A stretch of DNA of 64,000 nt from Octopus sinensis (GCF_006345805.1 NC_043001.1:84196001-84260000); one strand, 5' to 3'; counted from the first letter of the stretch, positions 23,490 to 36,588 are shown. Made by a program: numbers and translations. The notes: generated by a model not told the origin, from the letters alone.

Positions 23490-24830
23490 AAGCTGCTTCC
23501 CGAACAAATGCTGCACAAAATTCAACGTGGGGGCCTCCATATCGGACAGCATGGTAACCTCAAATGACATTTAAAAATGCAGGACGCATTGGATAATATA
23601 GTTATAGACACACTCAATCTCAAATAAGGACAAGATGTAACACACCATCTGCCTCCTTCCACCTGTCGATAATTAAGTCTAACCAATTTGAAACATTTTC
23701 TTAGTGTATTTGAAAAATCACGATAATATTTCTTGTCATGGAAACAGGGATGCTTGTATACATCTTTTTGCATGCCTGGTATCCAGCAAAAACCTCTTAA
23801 CACTTGATAATACAGAGAGTGCAAATGCTCTAAAAATGAATTTTATGTTATGTTTCACTGATAAATAGTGAAAAGTTAATACACTAATAAAGGAAATCAT
23901 GTCTACGTGTTTAGGAAATTCGATCCCCAACCATATGCCTTCGGGTTCAGTCTCATAGTACGGGACTGAGGGTAAGTGTCTCTTACTCTAAGCCAGACTG
24001 ACCAAAGCCTTGTGAGTGAATTTGGTGAGTGGAAACTAAAAGAAACTCATCGATTGTGTTTCTTTGTGTATACATGTATGTATGCATAATGCATGTATGT
24101 GTGTTTGCATGTATGTTTGCGATATGTATATATATCTGTATGTACGTTTTACTTTGGCACTTGAAACTGAATATGTATTTCAAACATTTTTTATGAAAGT
24201 ACTCAAGCAACTTGATATACATATGGTGTACTGTCCATGTTTCGGAAGAGTACAATAGAGCGTTTAGTACATAAGCTTTATAAACTCTTGCTTGTTCTTG
24301 CTGGTGATTCTGCGATTTACTTAGACTCTCTTTTCAAGTTGCTCAAATGTTTTATTCAAGCACTCTTCATATCTAATCTTATGCGTTGGGAAGGCCTTGT
24401 TTTACGTATGGAAAATAATAATATTCTCCGGTGAGATGTACACTTGAAGGCGTCGTTAACGTAAACCACGGGAAACATTAACCTTGGAAAGAACTGAATG
24501 GAGGAAGCATATAAAGAAAGGCTGTAAAAATTTCCATGAGAGTCGTCTTGAACACGAAGGCCTAAAGTGCTAACTTCGGAGAACCTCAATGAGAACAAAG
24601 TGTTAGAGGTGTGGAACGTGAGACCGTGTACTCCTTTCCAACGCTGTGTATAATAACCATCTGTAGTCCTATAAAAGATGCAACTCATAGACTGGGTGAC
24701 TCGTCGTGTGTAGTGAGTGAAAGGGGCTTGTAGATCGATGTCGAGTCTCAAGAGACATAAACCTTTTCACAGGAGTCATAGAATGGCTGGTAATTTTAGC
24801 ATTTAGAGGAATCTTCGTTGTCTCATGGAG
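23490..24830. mobile_element. Degraded RTE-like LINE fragments in both orientations, with SINE pieces
   Basis: Minus: LLYSSETWTVHHMYIKLLEYFHKKCL. Plus: EWRKHIKKGCKNFHESRLEH. Many stops. Confidence 0.55.
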
Positions 24831-25594
24831 GTTCCTTCGCTAGTAATAAGTAAAAATGGAATAAATATGCAACTAATTTTACGGCGTAGTGTGTAGATTT
24901 TTGCATATTCGCACAATGATGAACAGAACGATTTTCTAGTATTTTGTTGGTCAGCTGGCGTTTAAAAAATTATGTGTTCGTATTTCGTTGTGGCTGGCTT
25001 TGTCTTTTAGCCTTCAGGGGTTGATAACAGTTAAACGAGCGAAACAATTTTACAGTCTCGCTATGTCTCTTTACGTTCACAAAATAAAGCGTTCGAATTC
25101 CGCGAAGTCGACTTTTTCTTTTATTCTTGAGAGGGCGACAACATTATAATGCTATGTTTGTCTCTCCCAACTTCTCAACCGATCTTCTTTAGACAGAGAC
25201 CACATACTGTGTTGTCCTCTAAATACTTGACATATACAGATTTACTTTCATCCAGATTTCACTCAAATATATCAACAAACTGTCAACATTCGGTCCTGTT
25301 TAGTGACTTCACACGAAACCAGAACAAATGTTTATGTTTCAGCCCGGGGCAATTCAACGTAGTTCCGGGGAGGAATAATTGAATATCGGTATGTAGAATA
25401 AACTAACCAGATTAATTCCCTCTTTGTTGTTAATAATTATTGCTTATATTAAAAACTGATAATTACTGTTTATATTCTGCCTAGTCTCTATTTATTCAGT
25501 TAGGGTTTGGCTGTTTCATGCATTTATTGATATACTTTTTAAATCCTCATTCCTTCTATATTTTATTCATTACTTATTACCTCTTTTCAAAAAG

Positions 25595-26070
25595 CGGCGC
25601 GCGGGCAGGGTTTCCAACGCACAGGACAACATTGTTCGTGGTATTTCATCCGGATTTACTTTCTGAGTTCAAATTCTGCTGAGGTCGAGTTTTATTTTCA
25701 TCCTCACGGGGATCGATAAAATAAGCACCAGTTAAGCACAATATGGCGGTGTGGGGGATGGGATCACTGTAATCCATTAGCGCCTTTCTCACAAATTTCA
25801 GACCTTGTGCTAATAATAAGATGGAGTAATTAGCTTCATGGAGGACAATGATTTGGCGAGCTGGAAGAAATGTTAGCACGCTGGGCGAAATGCTTAGCGG
25901 TATTTTGACTGCCGCTACGTTCTGAGTTCAAATTCCGCCGAGGTCGACTTTGCCTTTCATCCTTTCGGAGTCGATTAAATAAGTACCAGTTACGCACTGG
26001 GGTCTATATAATCAACTTAATCCGTTTGTCTGTTCTTGTTTGTCCTCTCTGTGTTTAGCCCCTTGTGGGC
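25595..26070 (+). mobile_element. Two adjacent SINE family B copies (one old, one young)
   Basis: Family B head and central domain at about 25595-25850 and 25853-26070. Confidence 0.8.
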
Positions 26071-26616
26071 AATAAAGAAAGAAGAATTGTTATATCCTCT
26101 GATGGTCGTGAGGGAGGGAATGTAATGCTATATTTTTTCCGTCATTTTTCGTTCTGAGTTCAAAACCTGCTAAGGTCACCTGTCATTTTATCCTTTCGAC
26201 ATTCTATAAAATAAACTATCTGCAAGTAGTGGAGTTGATGTCATGCACTAAAACGCTCTCCTCAAAATTCCTAATCTTGTAGGCAATCTTTATATCCAAC
26301 TTAATGTGGACGTTGTGTTAGAATACACAATACTGCGTTATTTATCTTGAGTAAACTTCTCATATGGTCTCGTGGCACATAAAATCACGCGTATTTATAT
26401 TGTTGAGAGACGAGAAACGTCTGCTACACCCGCAGGAACTGCTAAACCACGTGATTTCGCCCTGTGTGGGCTCCTCAGAGGCAGACGTCTGGTAGCGGCA
26501 TAACAGTCGAATCACCCTATCAACGAAGAATATATAGAATTTCAGTGTCTAATTTAGGGAGATTCAGCTGTTATGTCACTACCAGATGTCTGGCATTGAG
26601 GTTTTAGAATCTATCT

Positions 26617-26900
26617 TCTATCTTTTACTTGTTTCAGTCATCAGATTGCGGCCATACTGGAGCACCACTTTGAAGAGTTTCTCAGTCGAACGAATAGACC
26701 CCTGTACATACTTTCTTAAGCCTAGTACTTATTCAGTCGGTGTACTTTGATGAACCACTAAATTACTGTGACATAAACACACAAACATTCGTGGTGGTGG
26801 GAACAAACACAGATACACACACTTAATCGACGGGCTTCTTTCAGTTTCTCTTTACGAAATCCACTCACAAGGCTTTGATCCACCCATGGGTATAAAAGAA
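26617..26900 (-). mobile_element. Diverged SINE family A copy
   Basis: Tail TTTTACTTGTTTCAGTCA and body match on the minus strand. Confidence 0.75.
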
Positions 26901-27349
26901 AACACTCTAGCAAAAAGACTTCTTTAAAAAAAGGTTAATAACATCCTGATAAAAGATTTTATAACTTAAAAAAAAAACTTATTAATCTTTCAAAAATAAT
27001 TTTTAAAAAGTCCCCTCTATATATATATATATAGAAGTGTGTTACTTCTACTTTTCCTTTTCTGATTCACCTTTACTCTAAATGAATATTGTAAATGACC
27101 TGAGATACGCGTATTGCTTTGATTTTGTTTTCCTTTTCCATTAGTATATACCCACTGACTCGGAAGCCTATTGTGTATCCCTAGCTCCAGCCTCACCTTT
27201 GAACTTGGAGTCCAACGGATGACCTATTTTAGCAATTACGCAGCGTAGTTATTGCTTTAGATTATCAGTAAACTAAACCCTCATATATATATATATGAAA
27301 AAACAAGTCAAAAATAGAAAATGCTAAGATAATTTTATAGTGAATCTTT

Positions 27350-27387
27350 CAGTACCGGTTTCGGTCATTTTGAGACCTTTTCAACTG
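27350..27387 (-). ncRNA. Minimal hammerhead-like motif (U3/A8 core) in the inverted pLTR
   Basis: Exact reverse complement of 30308-30345. Confidence 0.7.
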
Positions 27388-27638
27388 TAACGATTAAATA
27401 ATTAAATTTAGAAAAATTAGAAGAAAAGTTTTTTTAAAAGAATATTTCTGTAGTAGTGTTCAGATATAAGTAGCATTCTGCCTTTCTCTGACTCCCTTGT
27501 TTGCACTTGTGTGTTCGAGGTCGTTTTGAGTTCTTGGTAGGATAGGTGAAGAATAATGAGGCTGATGTGGAGAGGGGGGGAATCTGGGAATGCCTTAATG
27601 GTCGTATTTTGAATGGTCCACATATCTAATTATTTTGA

Positions 27639-29681
27639 ATGACCACATATCGTATTTTGAATGACCACATATCTAATTACCCATATCAACATATGCACAA
27701 ACAAAAACACAAACCAAACTTCAGCAAAAAAGAATGGGCTGAGTTGAACAAATTAAAACAAGATAAAACAATAACAATCAAAGAGGCCGATAAAGGGAGT
27801 GCTGTTGTCTTAATGGATACGACATTTTATATAACTTTGGTACTTTCTATGCTGGAAGACACAACATACTATGAAAAGGCACAAAACTACAGTCAACAAA
27901 AAATAATGAGGGAACTAAAATCCATATTAAACCCATACAAAGCAGGGCTCACCGACAAAGAATATGATTATATGACCAATTTCACAAGTAAAACTAGCCA
28001 ATTCTACGGTATACCTAAGATCCACAAAAGTGAAAAAATAAGCAACGCATGCAAGATAGCTACAGACAAAATAATTAAAGTCCCTAATCCTAATGACCTC
28101 AAATTGAGACCCATAATAGCAGGTCCCGCATGCGAAACCCACCGCCTCAGTAACTTTTTAGACACCCTGTTAAAACCACTCCTCAAACATGTCAAAAGCT
28201 ATATAAGGGACGACTTAGATATGCTCAATCACCTACCGAATACTATAAACAAAAACACCATACTGGTATCCTTCGATGTAGTCAACCTCTACTCCAATAT
28301 CCCCCACAACCTAGGACTAGAGGCAATCCAATTCTGGCTAGAGAATCACGCCAACGAACTACCACACCGCATCAAAAAAGAATTTGTGATAGAAGGGGTT
28401 AAATTCATCCTGGAAAATAACTTCTTCGCCTTCAATGACAACTTCTACCGACAAAAATCGGGGACTGCGATGGGTACACGAATGGCCCCCTCCTTTGCCA
28501 ACCTAGTCATAGGATACCTAGAGATCAGTCTGTATCGTAAGGTTCTAGAAAGATATGGCAGCCCTTTCTCCATCTACATAGAAAACAACTGGAAGAGATA
28601 TCTAGATGACTGTTTCATCCTTTGGCATAAAAATATAGAAAAACTCATAGAATTCCAGAAAATTTTAAACGGACTGGACGTAAACATCCAATTCACGATG
28701 GAATATAGCCAACAACAACTCCCCTTCCTCGATATCCTCATTAAGAAAGCTAATAATATAATAGAAACAGACATATACTATAAGCCTACAGACTCTAAGC
28801 AATATCTTCCATTCAATTCATGCCACCCCAGACACACCAGGATGAATATCCCCTTCAATCTAGCAAAAAGGATATGCACTATAGTCTCTAACGCAAACAC
28901 CAGAGACACACGACTTCAAGAACTAAAAGATACCCTTATCACCAGGAACTATCCACCTTCACTTATTGACAAGTGCATTCAACGTGCCCTTCAACTTAAC
29001 ATCAAGGAACTGAGACATCCCAAATCAAAGAAAAACTTACAACCAAAAGCCTTACCATACATCTCCGCACACAACCCTCTCAATAACGAAGCCTTCGACA
29101 CCATCCTCCACAACATACCCCTCCTAAAAAAAGACCACAGAATGAACACAATCCTCCAAACACACACGATCATAAAAAGCAAAAGACAGCCTAGATCCAT
29201 GAAAAGTCTCCTTACACAAGCCCGAATTCACTCTTCAACACAGAAGCCGACAGTAAAAAAATGTGGAAGACCCAATTGCGGGATATGCGACTATCTAATG
29301 GAGGGATCAGAGTTCTCCTTCAAACAGGGACAACGGTTTACAGTGAAAAGCAACTTCACATGTGCTTCGGAGAACCTAATATACTCACTAACCTGCTCCG
29401 GGTGTCAAGAGCAGTACATAGGCCAAACAAAAATGGTTTGCGTAAACGAATGGCCCTGCACAGATCCCAGATAAAAATTCCCCAAAACAGAAAAATAGCT
29501 TTTAGCCAACACATAGATACTTGCGCCAACAAAAAAACACCAAACTTCAGAATTTCCCCTTTACCAATTTAGGGACGATACAACCTCGAGACAACGAATA
29601 AGTAAAGAAAATCTCTTTATTACAAAATACAAGCGACTTCTTAACGGGTCTACGACAAACATTAATATACCTCAACTTTAG
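27639..29681 (+). CDS. PLE reverse transcriptase plus GIY-YIG endonuclease; frameshifted at about 29430 and 29552-29561
   Basis: ADKG motif, LVSFDVVNLYSNIP, GTAMGTRMAPSFANL, RYLDDCF, LPFLDI, CGRPNCGIC linker, LIYSLTCSGCQEQYIGQT. The +1 frame continues LRKRMALH; the original frame resumes YQFR...ENLFITKYKRLLN and stops at 29679-29681. Confidence 0.9.
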
Positions 29682-30307
29682 AATAAAAGAAATATATACA
29701 CACACAAATATTACACTCCATAGAATCCATTACTAATCAGCCCCATCACAGCTATACTTACACCCATTCATATTCTCCCTTCTCTGTTTTTTTCTTCTTC
29801 TTCTTCTTCCTCTTCTTCTTCATCATCATCATTATCATCATCATCGTCGTCATCATCATCACCACCATCATCACCACCATCTTCTCCTTCTCCTTCTTCT
29901 TCTTCTTCTCCTTCTTTTTCTTCATCATCATCATCATCAACATCGTCATCTTCTTCTTCTTCTACTTCTCCACCTTCCACCCCTTAACCTTGTCACTAAT
30001 GTCTTTCAGTATAACGCCTACGCAAATTCCATAAACAATTCCTGAATTGAACTGCGACTACTGTCAGCCACTGACCATTTAAAATATGACCATTAAGGCA
30101 TTCCCAGATTTCCCCACCCCCTCTCCACATCAGCCTCATTATTCTTCACCTATCCTACCAAGAACTCAAAACGACCTCGAACACACAAGTGCAAACAAGG
30201 GAGTCAGACAAAGGCAGAATGCTACTTATATCTGAACACTACTACAGAAATATTCTTTTAAAAAAACTTTTCTTCTAATTTTTCTAAATTTAATTATTTA
30301 ATCGTTA

Positions 30308-30345
30308 CAGTTGAAAAGGTCTCAAAATGACCGAAACCGGTACTG
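30308..30345 (+). ncRNA. Minimal type I hammerhead-like motif (U3/A8 core, palindromic stem III)
   Basis: CAG-TTGAAAA-GGTC-tcaaaat-GACC-GAAA-CCGG-TA-CTG. Confidence 0.72.
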
Positions 30346-30435
30346 AAAGATTCACTATAAAATTATCTTAGCATTTTCTATTTTTGACTTGTTTTTTCAT
30401 ATATATCAACTCGTGTGTTCCTTTCCACCCTTATA

Positions 30436-30479
<44 letters not shown>

Positions 30480-30765
30480 AGAGAGAGGGAGAGAAAGAGA
30501 GAGAGAGAGAGAGGGGGAAGATAGAACGAAAGAAAGAAATAAAGAGAGTGAGAAACTTGACTGAGGAAAGAAAGGCACGAATGACATCTTTTTTTTGCCT
30601 GAACTTCTAATTGTTGTTTCTCTTGAACGCCTTGTATCGTCTATCTGTCCGAATGTTTTAATGTCCTCTATTTCGTTTTTGTTCCATATATATATATATA
30701 TATATATAATATATATATATCCACTCTAGTGGATTCTTCATATTTTCTGAAGAATACCTTATTTA

Positions 30766-30841
<76 letters not shown>

Positions 30842-32085
30842 CAGGGTGTGGTGAATAAATTGCCTGAATTTCGCAAAAATAAAAATAACACTGGCATCTC
30901 ATTTTGACAGGTATATTTACCAAAATAACGTAAAAATGTCTTGAAGTAATAAAGAGTAAATCTATTCAATAAAATCGTCATTGACTTCAACCACAGCCTC
31001 CAGACGACTTCCGAATCTACTGCAACTCTTCTTGACGGTTTCCTTGTTTAAGTTGGTGAATGCTGCCATAATCCTCGTCTTCAGTTCATCTTTGGTGTCA
31101 CAAGGGGTTTTGATGGACTCTCGCTCAACTGCGCCCCACACTTAAGAATCAAGTGGTTTGCAGTCTGGGCTCAGATGTTAAGAGTGATGACGGAGAAATT
31201 GTCTGACAGCCGTGACTGGGTTCTCCTGTTTGTGTGGCATGGTGCAGAGCCCTGCTGCCAAACATAAGGTCTTCCAGCAGTCACTCTGTTTTCCCAGGGT
31301 AGCACTACCTCCTTCAGGCATTTGATGTAGGCCTCTGTGTGGGAAGATGGAGGCATAACGTCACTATCACACAAACACCATGATGTTGACTGGATGTTTG
31401 ATTTTTATCACACTTGGTACATGTTTTGGGGACACAGCAAGTCAGCGCTTGTTCTGTGTGTTCACCACTACCCTGGCAGAAATTTTTTCTCATCTGAGAA
31501 AAGCCAAAGCATGTTCAGTTGGAGGAGATGCTTGAGTTTGTACGAAAGCTTTGTAGCGCAGTCTTTCCTCTTGTCCTTGATGGCTGGGGATAAAAATTGG
31601 TTCTTTCTCATCTTGTATGAGGAATACTGAATGTCTTCATGCACTACCTGTCTGAGAAGAAACTCAAACATCTGGCGATGGATCTGATTGACTGGGAGGG
31701 ATCCTTGTCAATCATAGCCCGATCTTACCAACAGATTTAGGATTTTTTGTCTTTCAGAACAATCAGAGTGAGTTTTCCGAGCTACAGTACCTTCGTAATC
31801 ACCATTAGACTTATTTAACTCTTTCCGAATCCTCTGCACTATCCTCAGATTGACACACAAACACTCTGAAATGTTCGTAATGGAGCTTCCAGCACGAATA
31901 CCAAGCACTACAGCATGTAGTTTCCAAATTTCTGGAAGACTAAATTGCGTCATGGTGCTGTTTTTCTCACAGACGGTGCTCAACTGACACTACTATACTG
32001 TGTAGTCGGCAAAATCAAAAACAAAATAATGCACATAAGTGAAATTAGAAGTATAATGTGGCGACAAGTTACCCATCGCACCCTG
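30842..32085 (-). mobile_element. Degenerate Tc1/mariner-superfamily element (maT/DD37D-like), 1244 bp
   Basis: TA-CAGGGTG TIRs at both ends. Fragmented transposase: HAVVLGIRAG (HTH region), WLFSDEKKF, WQQGSAPCH, SPDCKPLDS*VWG. Confidence 0.85.
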
Positions 32086-33048
32086 TATATATAGTCTAGC
32101 CATATTACCTGTAAAGTAAGAGACGTTGCTTTACCAAAATAAAAAGAAAATAAATCAAGATCAAAAATCGAAAAGAAGGAAGGAAAATTAGCGGTACTGG
32201 GATAGTACTGAACGATGGACTGCCATCTTATCTTAAGGAATATATGTCACTGGTTAAGTTTATACTGAAACCAAAGATCTCTTATAACTGTATAAATCAA
32301 ACTCTGGCGTAAAATATTTTCCTTTTTATTTTTTTGGGACAGATTTTTGTTCTTTCGTTTTTGTAGACATTTCGAAAGATTCGTGATGTGAAATCGCGTG
32401 TTAAAACAGATGTTATATTTTGGGAAGGTCTTATTGCCAATAAGAAACACACGTACTGGTTCTACTTTACTTAGAAAGCTGATAGTATCGTTGGCGCGTC
32501 GGAGGAAATGCTTTACGGTATTTCTTCTCTCTCTTTAAATTTTGCTTTGAAATCCCGCCGAGGTCAGCTTTGCCTTTGAGCTTCTCAAGGTCGGAAAAAA
32601 TAACGTAACATTTCAGAAATGGAGTCGATGATATCGACTGACCTCTCCCTATAAAATCGCTGTTCTTGTGCCAAAATTTGAAGCTAATTAACCTATTAAC
32701 TGATCAGTTAACCAATTAACCAATTAATTAACTAGTTAAATATATGATTAATAATTTAATCAATCAAACGTGCTGCTGTTCTGTTAGAGTTCTTTCGTCG
32801 CCTTTTGCGACCTCATAAGTAACATGCTTTCATTGTTCCAGGTCTCTCTTGTTAAGAACCAGTGTATATTTCTTCTTATACACCAGTCTCAGTTTTCATA
32901 TTCAATAGAAAGTCATCGGTACTCTTAAACCCTGCGTGACAAACACAGAAAGAAGCCGAAGCGTCAGGCACGTGTTTAGCCATCAAAAGCTTAAGCAAGA
33001 TGCAATTTATGTAACTGAAACTCCCAGGCTACACGCATGAGTACACGA

Positions 33049-33144
<96 letters not shown>

Positions 33145-33160
33145 CGCGTGTATACATCTG

Positions 33161-33216
<56 letters not shown>

Positions 33217-33489
33217 CATACAATATGTTACATTACTCGGTAGTCAAGATAAAACTCTGAGTTTCAGATGCCGAAGTGGAAATCCACAACACCATCTCTT
33301 CGGTTATCTGGCTATTTGAAAACGTTATGAAAAAATACCGTTAAATAAAGGGAAATTACTCTGTTATAACTCTGCTTGCCTGCGTACTTATACATCGCTC
33401 GCATTTTTCGTCATAAAAATTATATAAAAATACATAAAAAATATATAAAAAATATATAAATTCTTGGGACATAACATAGAAAGCATGTT

Positions 33490-34791
33490 CTATCTGTTTT
33501 CTTTAGGGGACCAAAAACGTAACAGAAACTTAGTCACATGTGGGCATGATCCGAAAAGCTCTGTCCTTGTATTTAGACATGTAGTAGGGTCTAAGCTGCT
33601 TTTCCAGATAAGCCATCTCTCCATGTCGCATAGACCGCACCTTCCGCTGCCGTTAGTATAGGGCTTACATCTGGCCAAAATCTTCCATTGTATGTTATAA
33701 TCGACACCTTTATCTCTTAAAGACCAAATATGATTAGACAATTGTGTCGCTTTTCTTTTGTTCCAGTGCCTAAAGCTCAAAGTGTGGTTATTGAACCTGG
33801 CCTTGAAATTACCCTCTGTAAGGCCCACGTATTTCTTCGTCGAAACGGTGTCTTTAGTGGTTATAGAGTTTACGGTAGCTTCATATATGATGGTCTTGGA
33901 CATGCAAGCTCCATTTAGCGGGCACAATTCTTTATTCCTGCATGAACAGCTGTTTTCTTCTGGTGTTTTTTGTATGTTATGTTTGATTATGTTTTTAAAA
34001 TTGGTAGTTGAACTTAAACTAATTTTTAAATTGTGTCTATTGAAGAGTTTCCTATAAGTATGGTTAACTGGAAAATGTCTATCTATCAGTGCTAGGAAAT
34101 ATTTACCTATATTGAAGGCCACCTCGGGTGAGTAAGGGGGCGTAAACCAGATGACCTTCCTATTTCTATTATTCCTTTTCTTTACTGTTGGGCTAGTGAT
34201 AGGTGTATATTTTATTTTATCGCTAAAACCACTATCTTTTAAAGCCTTATTATAAACTGGGGCAACGCTATTGAAGATGTCCTCATCAGATGAGAGGCTA
34301 GAAATCCTCTTACTAATATTTTTAACTAAATTTTTGAATACTATAGGGGGATGGCATGAACCTACATTAATATAACTTAGTCTATCATTGGGCTTCCTAT
34401 AAGGCTTATAAATATTCTTATTAAGATCTAAGGAAACGTCTAAGAAATTGACAACCGTCAAGTTAGTATCTATAGTTATACTAAGTCCGAAGTGCTTCAT
34501 TAACTGGATAATATCCTTCCTAAAACGATCTTCTGCTGGTCCATTTGTATTAGCTGTTAAGGCGAGGGCATCATCTTTGTAGATGGCGAAATGTACGTTA
34601 GGGAATGTCTTACCTAAGGTATCTAGGAGAAAAAGTCCAATTAGATCACAGATGCCTGCCCCATCATATGAACCCATGCTCACATCGAAAGCGCCCTCTG
34701 TGTCGGTGTTTTTTACCCACTTTGCGTCCTCACTGAAAAGTAAGGTCTTTCTAGCATGGAAGATTATTTCCTTATCTATGTTATGTCCCAA
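33490..34791 (-). CDS. Truncated PLE RT (from motif B onward) plus thumb and GIY-YIG endonuclease, 433 aa
   Basis: FDVSMGSYDGAGICDL, YKDD, VNFLDV, CSCRNKELCPLNGAC linker, IIYEATV...KYVGLTE, C-terminal CGLC...CPH. RT motif A is missing. Clade call is from motif recall. Confidence 0.88.
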   Translation of the reverse strand: MGHNIDKEIIFHARKTLLFSEDAKWVKNTDTEGAFDVSMGSYDGAGICDLIGLFLLDTLGKTFPNVHFAIYKDDALALTANTNGPAEDRFRKDIIQLMKHFGLSITIDTNLTVVNFLDVSLDLNKNIYKPYRKPNDRLSYINVGSCHPPIVFKNLVKNISKRISSLSSDEDIFNSVAPVYNKALKDSGFSDKIKYTPITSPTVKKRNNRNRKVIWFTPPYSPEVAFNIGKYFLALIDRHFPVNHTYRKLFNRHNLKISLSSTTNFKNIIKHNIQKTPEENSCSCRNKELCPLNGACMSKTIIYEATVNSITTKDTVSTKKYVGLTEGNFKARFNNHTLSFRHWNKRKATQLSNHIWSLRDKGVDYNIQWKILARCKPYTNGSGRCGLCDMERWLIWKSSLDPTTCLNTRTELFGSCPHVTKFLLRFWSPKENR

Positions 34792-34958
34792 GAAGAATTT
34801 ATATATTTTTATATATTTTTTATATATTTTTTATGTATTTTTATATAATTTTTATGACGAAAAATGCGAGCGATGTATAAGTACGCAGGCAAGCAGAGTT
34901 ATATCAGAGTAATTTCCCTTTATTTAACGGTATTTTTTCATAACGTTTTCAAATAGCC

Positions 34959-35021
34959 AGATAACCGAAGAGATGGTGTTGTGGATTTCCACTTCGGCAT
35001 CTGAAACTCAGAGTTTTATCT
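34959..35021 (+). ncRNA. Hammerhead-like motif with variant core in the Naiad pLTR (second copy at 33247-33309, minus strand)
   Basis: AGATAA-CCGAAGA-GATG..CATC-T-GAAA-CTC-A-GAG-TT-TTATCT. Confidence 0.5.
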
Positions 35022-35117
35022 TGACTACCGAGTAATGTAACATATTGTATAGATAAATTTCCTCTATTTACATAATATTGAGGTCTCTTTCTTTCTTTTG
35101 TTATCTTACCGTTTTAT

Positions 35118-35169
<52 letters not shown>

Positions 35170-35172
<3 letters not shown>

Positions 35173-35552
35173 AGTGGCCGTATGGTAAGTAGCATGGTTA
35201 CCAGCCACATGGTTCCGGGTTCAGTCCCACTGCATGGCATCTTGGGCAAGTGTCTTCTACTAAAGCCTCGGGCCGACCAAAGCCTTGTGAGTGAATTTGG
35301 TAGACGGAAACTGAAAGAAGCCTGTCGTATATATGTATATATGTATGTGTGTGTATATGCTTGTGTGTCTGTGTTTGTCCCCCCAACATCGGTGGTGTGT
35401 TAACGTCCCCTTAACTTAGCGGTTCCGCAAAAGAGACCGATAGAATAAGTACTAGGCTTACAAAGAAGAAGTCCTGGGGTCGATTTGCTCGACTAAAAGT
35501 CCGTGCTCCAGCATGGCCACAGTCAAATGACTGAAACAAGTAAAAGAGTATA
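35170..35552 (+). mobile_element. SINE family A copy
   Basis: Head, body and tail match, with a small internal deletion. Confidence 0.85.
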
Positions 35553-36516
35553 TAATAACGGAAACGTATTTATATGTATGATCCATGTCCCTCGCTCTTT
35601 AGAAACCTCTTCAAAAAGAATAAAATAAAGAGAGAGAGACAGATCTCTCTTCCCACCGGTTAAGAAGATGCCTACGACGGCAATATTAATAATTAGTAGC
35701 AACAGCGATAATAACAGCAAAAATGTGTTTATAAACAACAATAACATGGATTTAAAATGCAGCAACAAAAACCACAGCTACAGTAACATGGGTTTTAAAT
35801 ACTTATTTTGATATGATAAATAGTAATTATTTTAAGAACAAAATACAACGAAACAAATGCAAAAAAGAGAGGCGTATTTTCGTGTTGAGTGACTTTGTCC
35901 TGAGGCTAATGTCAGCTCGGTATACCTGAAAGCAAAGAGGTCCCTATTGTTCTTGCCAGACTGTATAAGTTAAGCCGATGACCGCACTTTAGAACTATTC
36001 CTTCATCTTAATCCGTTTACTTCAGACATACAGAGACAGTCACCTTTACAGTGACACCTCTGTTCGCAGTTTCGTATTTGTACCTTCTGCTACGGCTGCG
36101 GCTATCCGTGTGTAGCATTCAATTATATCTTCTTGTTCTTGTTCTTGTTGATGCAGCTGTTTGCTATTGTCGTTGGAGCTGTGATTGTTATTGAATAAGT
36201 GGAGGTCTTTCCTCCACTGGGACTCAAAGCCCGGATATTTTCCCCACTTTTTTTAAAATTTGGAAATGCCTTTTTCGCAAACTGGAACGAAGACTATTTT
36301 CGGATGGTCGGCTTTGATTCTTCTCTGTTTTCTAAGCCAAACTGCACATGCGCAGTAAGTATATATTTTGTTTCTGCCTGCATTATGTAACATATTTATT
36401 TTCAATTAAATAACAGTAAATCTCCCTGTCATATATACTCACATAAACATATATACATTCACATATATACATATACATATACATACATACTACATATATA
36501 TATATATATGTGTATG

Positions 36517-36588
<72 letters not shown>

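Larger units (their letters stand above)
27293..30395 (+). mobile_element. Neptune-type Penelope-like retroelement, 5'-truncated, with about 330-bp inverted pseudo-LTR copies, inserted in (TA)n
   Basis: About 27293-27620 is the near-identical reverse complement of about 30070-30395; encloses an RT plus GIY-YIG ORF. Confidence 0.92.
33218..35050 (-). mobile_element. Naiad-type Penelope-like element, 5'-truncated, with about 265-bp inverted pseudo-LTR copies
   Basis: 33218-33480 is the near-identical reverse complement of 34775-35050; left flank is (TA)n. Confidence 0.9.

Noticed and set aside
29758-29980. Poly-Asp/Glu and poly-Met/Lys ORFs
   Set aside because: Antisense translation of the (TTC)/(CAT)n tract in the 3' region of the PLE.
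32860-32960. Minus-strand candidate exon (FKSTDDFLLNMKTET)
   Set aside because: Moderate acceptor, weak donor, and no partner exons found.
33490-34791. Selenocysteine-encoding Naiad
   Set aside because: No in-frame TGA in the retained ORF and no SECIS recognised.
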